Source of the DNA: Escherichia coli
GTDB lineage: Bacteria; Pseudomonadota; Gammaproteobacteria; Enterobacterales; Enterobacteriaceae
Reading direction: 5' to 3' (one strand)
DNA: 64,000 nucleotides
NCBI RefSeq assembly: GCF_017348835.2
Contig: NZ_CP071375.1
The notes beneath the pieces were generated by a model. It saw only the letters and a list, made by a program, of their open reading frames with translations. It did no database searches and was not told the DNA's origin. Of this stretch, positions 57,093 to 64,000 are shown piece by piece (within the stretch, counting starts at the first letter, position 1; the number at the start of each line of letters is the position of its first letter). The position numbers and the translations under genes were made by a program.

Positions 57093-58391
57093 ATGCGTAA
57101 AATTAAAGGGTTACGTTGGTATATGATCGCACTGGTGACGCTCGGCACCGTGCTTGGTTACCTGACGCGTAACACTGTGGCGGCAGCTGCGCCAACTCTG
57201 ATGGAAGAGTTAAACATCTCCACCCAACAGTATTCCTATATCATCGCAGCCTATTCTGCTGCTTATACGGTCATGCAACCGGTAGCAGGTTATGTACTGG
57301 ATGTGCTGGGTACGAAAATCGGTTATGCAATGTTTGCTGTGCTGTGGGCCGTGTTCTGTGGTGCAACCGCGCTGGCAGGTAGCTGGGGTGGCCTGGCTGT
57401 TGCTCGTGGTGCGGTCGGTGCCGCGGAAGCAGCGATGATCCCGGCGGGTCTGAAAGCCAGCTCCGAATGGTTCCCGGCGAAAGAGCGTTCCATCGCAGTA
57501 GGCTATTTTAACGTAGGTTCTTCGATTGGTGCGATGATTGCGCCGCCGCTGGTGGTATGGGCAATCGTGATGCACAGCTGGCAGATGGCATTTATCATCT
57601 CCGGTGCATTGAGCTTTATCTGGGCGATGGCATGGCTGATTTTCTATAAACATCCGCGCGACCAGAAGCATCTGACCGATGAAGAACGCGACTATATTAT
57701 TAATGGTCAGGAAGCCCAGCACCAGGTGAGCACGGCGAAGAAAATGTCCGTTGGTCAGATCCTGCGTAACCGTCAGTTCTGGGGTATCGCGCTGCCGCGT
57801 TTCCTGGCAGAACCGGCCTGGGGTACTTTTAACGCGTGGATCCCGCTGTTCATGTTTAAAGTTTACGGCTTTAACCTGAAAGAGATCGCGATGTTCGCCT
57901 GGATGCCGATGCTGTTTGCTGACCTCGGTTGTATCCTCGGTGGTTACCTGCCGCCGCTGTTCCAGCGTTGGTTTGGTGTGAACCTGATCGTTTCCCGTAA
58001 GATGGTCGTAACGCTGGGTGCTGTGCTGATGATTGGCCCGGGTATGATCGGTCTGTTCACCAACCCGTATGTCGCAATTATGCTGCTGTGTATCGGTGGT
58101 TTTGCTCACCAGGCACTGTCTGGCGCACTGATTACGCTCTCTTCCGACGTGTTTGGTCGTAACGAAGTGGCAACGGCGAACGGTTTAACCGGGATGTCCG
58201 CATGGCTGGCAAGTACGCTGTTTGCACTGGTTGTCGGTGCACTGGCTGACACCATCGGCTTCAGCCCGCTGTTCGCAGTTCTGGCAGTATTTGACCTGCT
58301 GGGTGCGCTGGTTATCTGGACCGTATTGCAGAACAAACCGGCGATTGAGGTGGCGCAGGAAACACATAACGATCCCGCACCGCAACATTAA
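57093..58391 (+). CDS. exuT: hexuronate (galacturonate/glucuronate) MFS transporter
   Basis: Track ORF 56973..58391; start trimmed to MRKIKGLRWYMIALVTLG (432 aa); recognised as ExuT. Confidence 0.85.
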   Translation: MRKIKGLRWYMIALVTLGTVLGYLTRNTVAAAAPTLMEELNISTQQYSYIIAAYSAAYTVMQPVAGYVLDVLGTKIGYAMFAVLWAVFCGATALAGSWGGLAVARGAVGAAEAAMIPAGLKASSEWFPAKERSIAVGYFNVGSSIGAMIAPPLVVWAIVMHSWQMAFIISGALSFIWAMAWLIFYKHPRDQKHLTDEERDYIINGQEAQHQVSTAKKMSVGQILRNRQFWGIALPRFLAEPAWGTFNAWIPLFMFKVYGFNLKEIAMFAWMPMLFADLGCILGGYLPPLFQRWFGVNLIVSRKMVVTLGAVLMIGPGMIGLFTNPYVAIMLLCIGGFAHQALSGALITLSSDVFGRNEVATANGLTGMSAWLASTLFALVVGALADTIGFSPLFAVLAVFDLLGALVIWTVLQNKPAIEVAQETHNDPAPQH

Positions 58392-58419
58392 CGCTTCGTG
58401 TAAGTTTTAGTTTCCCTTC

Positions 58420-58447
58420 AAAGCCGCCTTCTCAGGCGGCTTTTTCA
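58420..58447. terminator. Rho-independent terminator after exuT
   Basis: agccgcct tctc aggcggct hairpin followed by ttttt. Confidence 0.6.
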
Positions 58448-58520
58448 TCACTGCGAGTAGAGCTAAACTCGCAAAAGTGGTATAACAAATATAGTCTGCC
58501 GTATCATGCCTGGAGCGCAT

Positions 58521-59297
58521 ATGGAAATCACTGAACCACGCCGTTTGTATCAACAACTTGCCGCTGACCTGAAAGAGCGCATCGAACAGGGCGTCTATCT
58601 GGTGGGTGATAAACTGCCTGCCGAGCGCTTTATTGCCGATGAAAAGAACGTCAGCCGTACGGTAGTTCGTGAAGCCATCATCATGCTGGAAGTTGAGGGC
58701 TATGTCGAAGTGCGTAAAGGTTCAGGTATTCACGTGGTTTCCAACCAGCCGCGCCATCAGCAGGCGGCGGACAATAATATGGAATTCGCCAATTACGGTC
58801 CGTTTGAGTTACTCCAGGCTCGCCAGCTCATCGAAAGTAATATTGCCGAGTTCGCGGCAACTCAGGTAACGAAACAGGACATCATGAAATTGATGGCCAT
58901 CCAGGAGCAGGCACGCGGCGAACAATGCTTCCGTGATTCCGAGTGGGATTTGCAGTTCCATATTCAGGTAGCCCTGGCGACGCAGAACTCCGCCCTGGCG
59001 GCTATCGTTGAAAAAATGTGGACCCAGCGTAGCCATAACCCGTACTGGAAAAAACTGCACGAACACATTGATTCCCGTACCGTCGATAACTGGTGTGATG
59101 ACCACGATCAAATCCTCAAGGCGCTGATTCGCAAAGATCCTCATGCTGCTAAGCTGGCAATGTGGCAGCACCTGGAAAACACCAAGATCATGTTATTCAA
59201 CGAAACCAGCGACGACTTCGAGTTCAATGCCGACCGCTATCTATTCGCCGAAAACCCGGTGGTGCATCTCGATACAGCCACCAGCGGCAGTAAATGA
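58521..59297 (+). CDS. exuR: GntR-family repressor of hexuronate utilisation
   Basis: Track ORF 58506..59297; start trimmed to [13 protein letters not shown] (258 aa); recognised as ExuR. Confidence 0.9.
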   Translation: MEITEPRRLYQQLAADLKERIEQGVYLVGDKLPAERFIADEKNVSRTVVREAIIMLEVEGYVEVRKGSGIHVVSNQPRHQQAADNNMEFANYGPFELLQARQLIESNIAEFAATQVTKQDIMKLMAIQEQARGEQCFRDSEWDLQFHIQVALATQNSALAAIVEKMWTQRSHNPYWKKLHEHIDSRTVDNWCDDHDQILKALIRKDPHAAKLAMWQHLENTKIMLFNETSDDFEFNADRYLFAENPVVHLDTATSGSK

Positions 59298-59310
59298 AAT
59301 TCCTGTCCGA

Positions 59311-59337
59311 CAGGCGCTGCGACGCGCCTGTTTGTCT
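59311..59337. terminator. Terminator after exuR
   Basis: caggcgctgcgacgcgcctg hairpin followed by tttgtct. Confidence 0.5.
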
Positions 59338-59641
59338 CGTCGGTAAGCGAAAAGTATAAAGTGTCAGCCTGTGTAAATCCTCTCGCCACCCTCCCCTGCA
59401 TTCAGCAAAATCAGACTCCACGGACATGTAATTTTGATAACGAACAACGTTGACCTTTGTTACAATTAGATTCAATTTGAATTTATGTTTTTGAATGCTT
59501 TCTTATCTCACGATTTTACAGGGAATAGTTCAGGCTGTGTTGATGTATCAAACCCGCAGAACATACCAAAACAGCAATAACATTGCGGTAGTGCATCTTT
59601 TAAAACCAGCGTGGCGTTAACCGATTCACCAGGAATAATGA

Positions 59642-60304
59642 ATGGAACTTTTGACCCAATTGCTGCAAGCCCTGTGGGCGCAGGATTTTGAAACCCTGGC
59701 CAATCCATCGATGATTGGCATGTTGTATTTTGTCTTGTTTGTAATTTTGTTCCTTGAAAACGGCTTGCTTCCGGCGGCCTTTTTACCGGGCGACAGTTTA
59801 CTGGTATTGGTCGGCGTGTTGATTGCGAAAGGCGCGATGGGCTATCCGCAAACGATTCTGCTGCTGACCGTTGCCGCCAGCCTCGGCTGCTGGGTCAGCT
59901 ATATTCAGGGGCGATGGCTGGGCAATACCCGCACCGTACAAAACTGGCTATCTCATTTACCCGCACATTATCATCAACGCGCACACCATCTTTTTCATAA
60001 ACACGGTTTATCGGCGCTGTTAATTGGTCGCTTTATTGCGTTTGTCAGAACACTGCTGCCGACGATTGCCGGGTTATCAGGGCTGAATAACGCGCGCTTT
60101 CAGTTCTTCAACTGGATGAGCGGTCTGCTGTGGGTATTGATCCTGACAACTCTGGGTTACATGCTCGGCAAAACGCCGGTATTTTTAAAGTACGAGGACC
60201 AGCTGATGTCATGCCTGATGCTGCTCCCGGTGGTGCTGCTGGTGTTTGGCCTGGCAGGTTCTCTGGTCGTGTTATGGAAAAAGAAATATGGAAATCGGGG
60301 GTAA
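59642..60304 (+). CDS. yqjA: DedA-family inner membrane protein
   Basis: 220-aa ORF, paralogue of yghB at 3354..4013; recognised as YqjA. Confidence 0.85.
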   Translation: MELLTQLLQALWAQDFETLANPSMIGMLYFVLFVILFLENGLLPAAFLPGDSLLVLVGVLIAKGAMGYPQTILLLTVAASLGCWVSYIQGRWLGNTRTVQNWLSHLPAHYHQRAHHLFHKHGLSALLIGRFIAFVRTLLPTIAGLSGLNNARFQFFNWMSGLLWVLILTTLGYMLGKTPVFLKYEDQLMSCLMLLPVVLLVFGLAGSLVVLWKKKYGNRG

Positions 60305-60307
60305 GGG

Positions 60308-60691
60308 ATGCAAATACCTCGCATGTCGCTTCGCCAGCTAGCCTGGTCCGGCGCTGTTTTACTTCTGGTCGGCACGCTGTTGCTGGCCTGGTCCGCGGTT
60401 CGCCAGCAAGAGTCTACGCTGGCGATTCGTGCCGTTCATCAAGGCACAACGATGCCAGACGGTTTTTCAATCTGGCATCACCTTGACGCTCATGGCATTC
60501 CTTTCAAAAGTATCACCCCCAAAAACGACACTCTGTTAATTACATTTGACTCCAGCGACCAGAGCGCCGCCGCAAAAGCGGTCCTCGACAGAACATTGCC
60601 CCATGGCTACATCATTGCGCAGCAGGACAATAACAGTCAGGCTATGCAGTGGCTGACCCGGTTACGGGATAACTCTCATCGCTTCGGATAA
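60308..60691 (+). CDS. mzrA: modulator of EnvZ/OmpR (single-pass membrane protein)
   Basis: 127-aa ORF with N-terminal transmembrane segment; recognised as MzrA (YqjB). Confidence 0.85.
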   Translation: MQIPRMSLRQLAWSGAVLLLVGTLLLAWSAVRQQESTLAIRAVHQGTTMPDGFSIWHHLDAHGIPFKSITPKNDTLLITFDSSDQSAAAKAVLDRTLPHGYIIAQQDNNSQAMQWLTRLRDNSHRFG

Positions 60692-60837
60692 CTTCCTGTT
60701 ATCCGAAACATATCACTCACTTTGGTGATTTCACCGTAACTGTCTATGATTAATGAGGCGGTGGTTAACACTACCGCTTCGTTGTCTGGACAATCGTTCC
60801 TTTGTAATAGGTCCGAATCACAATGGAAGGTTCAAGA

Positions 60838-61206
60838 ATGAAATACCGCATCGCTTTAGCTGTTTCTCTCTTTGCTCTTAGTGCCGGTAGTTATGCCACT
60901 ACCCTGTGTCAGGAAAAGGAGCAAAATATCCTTAAGGAGATCAGCTATGCCGAAAAACACCAAAACCAGAATCGTATTGACGGTCTGAATAAAGCCCTGA
61001 GTGAAGTCCGGGCCAACTGTTCAGATAGCCAGCTGCGTGCCGATCATCAGAAGAAAATCGCAAAGCAGAAAGATGAGGTGGCGGAACGCCAGCAAGATTT
61101 AGCCGAGGCGAAGCAAAAAGGCGATGCCGATAAGATTGCCAAACGCGAACGGAAACTGGCAGAAGCGCAGGAAGAGCTGAAAAAGCTGGAAGCGCGCGAC
61201 TACTAA
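60838..61206 (+). CDS. yqjC: DUF1090-family periplasmic protein
   Basis: Track ORF 60823..61206; start trimmed to MKYRIALAVSLFALSAG (signal peptide); recognised as YqjC. Confidence 0.8.
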   Translation: MKYRIALAVSLFALSAGSYATTLCQEKEQNILKEISYAEKHQNQNRIDGLNKALSEVRANCSDSQLRADHQKKIAKQKDEVAERQQDLAEAKQKGDADKIAKRERKLAEAQEELKKLEARDY

Positions 61207-61243
61207 CTCACAATAGTCACTACTTACTCACCTGGAGAAAACT

Positions 61244-61549
61244 ATGTCGAAAGAACACACTACGGAACATCTGCGTGCTGAGTTGAAATCCCTTTCCGAT
61301 ACGCTGGAAGAGGTGCTTAGCTCATCTGGCGAGAAGTCGAAAGAAGAGTTGAGTAAGATTCGTAGCAAAGCGGAGCAGGCACTGAAACAGAGCCGTTATC
61401 GCCTGGGTGAAACCGGTGATGCCATCGCCAAACAAACCCGTGTCGCGGCGGCACGTGCCGATGAGTATGTGCGCGAAAATCCGTGGACCGGCGTGGGAAT
61501 TGGCGCTGCAATCGGTGTAGTGCTCGGCGTTCTGCTGTCGCGTCGTTAA
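61244..61549 (+). CDS. yqjD: ribosome-associated membrane-anchored protein (ElaB/YgaM/YqjD family)
   Basis: 101-aa ORF with C-terminal transmembrane anchor WTGVGIGAAIGVVLGVLL; recognised as YqjD. Confidence 0.85.
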   Translation: MSKEHTTEHLRAELKSLSDTLEEVLSSSGEKSKEELSKIRSKAEQALKQSRYRLGETGDAIAKQTRVAAARADEYVRENPWTGVGIGAAIGVVLGVLLSRR

Positions 61550-61551
61550 TT

Positions 61552-61956
61552 ATGGCGGACACTCATCACGCGCAAGGGCCCGGTAAAAGCGTTCTGGGCA
61601 TCGGGCAGCGAATTGTTTCCATCATGGTTGAAATGGTGGAAACACGTCTGCGGCTGGCGGTGGTGGAGCTGGAAGAGGAAAAAGCTAATCTCTTTCAACT
61701 TTTACTGATGCTGGGCCTGACGATGCTTTTCGCTGCATTTGGTCTTATGAGCCTGATGGTGCTAATTATTTGGGCGGTTGATCCGCAATATCGCCTGAAT
61801 GCGATGATTGCCACCACCGTGGTGTTGCTGCTACTGGCACTGATTGGCGGTATCTGGACGTTACGTAAATCGCGTAAATCCACCTTGCTGCGCCATACAC
61901 GCCATGAGCTGGCAAACGATCGGCAGCTGCTCGAGGAGGAGTCCCGTGAGCAGTAA
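61552..61956 (+). CDS. yqjE: inner membrane protein (DUF1469)
   Basis: Track ORF 61483..61956; start trimmed to MADTHHAQGPGKSV (134 aa); recognised as YqjE. Confidence 0.8.
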   Translation: MADTHHAQGPGKSVLGIGQRIVSIMVEMVETRLRLAVVELEEEKANLFQLLLMLGLTMLFAAFGLMSLMVLIIWAVDPQYRLNAMIATTVVLLLLALIGGIWTLRKSRKSTLLRHTRHELANDRQLLEEESREQ

Positions 61957-62245
61957 AGTCGAACGTGAACGACGTAAGGCGCAACTGCTTAGCCAGATCC
62001 AGCAACAACGGCTGGATCTTTCTGCCAGTCGTCGTGAATGGCTGGAGGCAACAGGCGCTTACGATCGTCGCTGGAATATGCTGCTCAGTCTGCGCTCTTG
62101 GGCGCTGGTTGGCAGTAGCGTGATGGCGATCTGGACGATTCGCCATCCTAATATGCTGGTCCGCTGGGCCAGACGCGGTTTTGGCGTATGGAGCGCCTGG
62201 CGTCTGGTTAAAACGACCCTCAAGCAGCAACAGCTTCGCGGTTAA
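61946..62245 (+). CDS. yqjK: small membrane-associated protein
   Basis: Frame of track ORF 61844..62245; GTG start at 61946 (SSKVERERRKAQLLSQ) overlapping yqjE stop by 11 bp; recognised as YqjK with moderate certainty. Confidence 0.7.
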   Translation: MSSKVERERRKAQLLSQIQQQRLDLSASRREWLEATGAYDRRWNMLLSLRSWALVGSSVMAIWTIRHPNMLVRWARRGFGVWSAWRLVKTTLKQQQLRG

Positions 62246-62427
62246 CTTCCCTCTGGCCGGAGCCATTCCGGCCTTACCCATCAAATTTTTTGAAGATTTT
62301 TGACAGTTTTCCTTGCTAACAATCATCATTCACCACGTTTATGATTCTCTCCATCGACAGCAACGACGCTAATACCGCGCCCTTGCACAAAAAAACAATC
62401 AGCAGCCTGAGTGGCGCAGTGGAGAGT

Positions 62428-62823
62428 ATGATGAAAAAATTAGAAGATGTTGGTGTACTGGTAGCGCGCATTTTAATGCCGATTCTGTTTATTACCGCAG
62501 GCTGGGGAAAAATTACTGGTTACGCGGGTACCCAACAATATATGGAAGCGATGGGCGTCCCGGGTTTTATGCTGCCGCTGGTGATTCTGCTTGAGTTTGG
62601 TGGTGGTCTGGCAATCCTGTTCGGTTTCCTGACTCGCACCACAGCCCTGTTTACTGCGGGCTTTACGCTGCTGACGGCATTTTTATTTCACAGCAACTTT
62701 GCTGAAGGCGTCAACTCGCTGATGTTCATGAAAAACCTGACAATTTCTGGCGGATTCCTGCTGCTGGCAATTACCGGTCCGGGCGCGTATAGCATCGACC
62801 GCCTGCTGAATAAAAAGTGGTAA
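62428..62823 (+). CDS. yqjF: DoxX-family inner membrane protein
   Basis: Track ORF 62341..62823; start trimmed to MMKKLEDVGVLVARIL (about 131 aa); recognised as YqjF. Confidence 0.8.
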   Translation: MMKKLEDVGVLVARILMPILFITAGWGKITGYAGTQQYMEAMGVPGFMLPLVILLEFGGGLAILFGFLTRTTALFTAGFTLLTAFLFHSNFAEGVNSLMFMKNLTISGGFLLLAITGPGAYSIDRLLNKKW

Positions 62824-62848
62824 GCACGCGCTATACTTAACGATAAAA

Positions 62849-62873
62849 AACGAGGAGGAAGCTCCTCGTTTTT
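62849..62873. terminator. Hairpin plus T-run between yqjF and yqjG (terminator or attenuator)
   Basis: aacgaggag gaag ctcctcgtt followed by tttg, 20 bp before the yqjG Shine-Dalgarno. Confidence 0.5.
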
Positions 62874-62892
62874 GCTATTGGAGGAGAGAAAA

Positions 62893-63879
62893 ATGGGTCA
62901 ACTGATTGACGGCGTCTGGCATGACACCTGGTACGATACCAAATCTACCGGCGGTAAATTTCAACGTTCAGCTTCCGCATTTCGTAACTGGCTCACTGCC
63001 GATGGCGCTCCTGGCCCCACTGGCACAGGCGGTTTTATCGCAGAGAAAGATCGTTATCATCTCTATGTTTCACTCGCCTGCCCGTGGGCACACCGCACGC
63101 TGATCATGCGCAAACTTAAAGGACTGGAACCGTTTATTTCCGTTTCCGTAGTGAACCCGCTGATGCTGGAAAACGGCTGGACCTTTGATGACAGTTTTCC
63201 GGGAGCAACCGGAGACACGCTCTATCAACATGAATTTTTGTATCAGCTTTATCTCCACGCCGATCCACACTACAGCGGACGAGTTACTGTTCCCGTGCTG
63301 TGGGACAAAAAGAACCACACCATCGTCAGCAACGAATCAGCAGAAATCATCCGCATGTTCAATACCGCGTTTGATACGCTGGGCGCGAAAGCGGGTGATT
63401 ACTACCCACCAGCCCTGCAAACGAAAATTGACGAACTTAACGGCTGGATTTATGACACCGTTAACAACGGCGTGTATAAAGCTGGTTTTGCCACCAGCCA
63501 GCAAGCCTACGACGAAGCGGTGGAGAAAGTGTTTGAATCGCTGGCGCGACTGGAACAGATTTTGGGTCAGCATCGTTACCTGACCGGCAACCAGCTAACC
63601 GAAGCCGATATTCGCCTGTGGACCACGCTGGTCCGTTTTGATCCAGTGTATGTGACCCACTTCAAGTGTGATAAGCACCGCATCAGCGATTACCTTAATC
63701 TGTATGGCTTCCTGCGTGATATCTACCAGATGCCGGGAATTGCCGAAACAGTCAATTTCGATCACATCCGTAATCATTACTTCCGCAGTCATAAGACCAT
63801 CAACCCTACGGGGATTATTTCAATTGGTCCGTGGCAGGATCTCGATGAACCGCATGGACGAGATGTTCGCTTCGGTTAA
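62893..63879 (+). CDS. yqjG: glutathionyl-hydroquinone reductase (Xi-class GST)
   Basis: Track ORF 62872..63879; start trimmed to MGQLIDGVWHDTWYDTKS (328 aa); CPWA active-site motif; recognised as YqjG. Confidence 0.85.
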   Translation: MGQLIDGVWHDTWYDTKSTGGKFQRSASAFRNWLTADGAPGPTGTGGFIAEKDRYHLYVSLACPWAHRTLIMRKLKGLEPFISVSVVNPLMLENGWTFDDSFPGATGDTLYQHEFLYQLYLHADPHYSGRVTVPVLWDKKNHTIVSNESAEIIRMFNTAFDTLGAKAGDYYPPALQTKIDELNGWIYDTVNNGVYKAGFATSQQAYDEAVEKVFESLARLEQILGQHRYLTGNQLTEADIRLWTTLVRFDPVYVTHFKCDKHRISDYLNLYGFLRDIYQMPGIAETVNFDHIRNHYFRSHKTINPTGIISIGPWQDLDEPHGRDVRFG

Positions 63880-63924
63880 AAAAAGGCACCTTACGAGGTG
63901 CCTCTGATAATTAGCTAAGTGCAT

Positions 63925-63965
63925 GTTGTTCATGTCGGATGCGGCGTGAACGCCTTATCAAACCT
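63925..63965. repeat. REP element
   Basis: gtcggatgcggcgtgaacgccttatc motif. Confidence 0.55.
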
Positions 63966-64000
63966 ACAAAACATTTATATTCAATATGTTGCAATGACCG

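Noticed and set aside
57210-58109. 299-aa minus-strand ORF
   Set aside because: Antisense to exuT; shadow frame.
63880-63925. Hairpin aggcacc...ggtgcct after yqjG as a plus-strand terminator
   Set aside because: On the plus strand it is not followed by a T-run; the A-run before it suggests it terminates a minus-strand gene lying beyond the window, so it is not assigned to yqjG.

Overview
This window is Escherichia coli-type chromosomal DNA made of two conserved backbone blocks joined through a small accessory segment. Gene identities were recognised from the translated ORFs by memory of E. coli K-12 proteins; no database search was run. Block 1 (1 to about 23,000) carries dkgA, yqhD, yqhC, yghB, metC, exbBD, yghA, yqhA, gpr, yghX, yghW, the hydrogenase-2 operon hybOABCDEFG, yghU, gss, pitB and the 3' end of yghT, in the opposite orientation to K-12. 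Block 2 (about 28,370 to 64,000) carries a 47-nt 3' fragment of tRNA-Ile2 (ileX), then yqjH, yqjI, aer, patA, ygjH, ebgRAC, ygjIJK, fadH, rlmG, ygjPQR, alx, sstT, ygjV, uxaAC, exuTR, yqjA, mzrA and yqjCDEKFG, in K-12 orientation. Between the blocks lie a 1.31-kb IS3-family element (IS629/IS1203-like) that truncates yghT and has no matching target-site duplication, and a roughly 4-kb accessory remnant. The remnant holds an AT-rich 534-aa orphan ORF, a convergent ~198-aa orphan ORF, and a P4-type tyrosine integrase abutting the ileX fragment. I read this as an integrase-borne island at ileX whose far side was rearranged by IS-mediated inversion. The two orphan ORFs are the best candidates for an undescribed accessory function, possibly phage defence; that is a hypothesis from context, not a demonstrated function. 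The rest is ordinary backbone with REP/BIME repeats, hairpin terminators and known regulatory regions. No CRISPR arrays or rRNA genes were seen.
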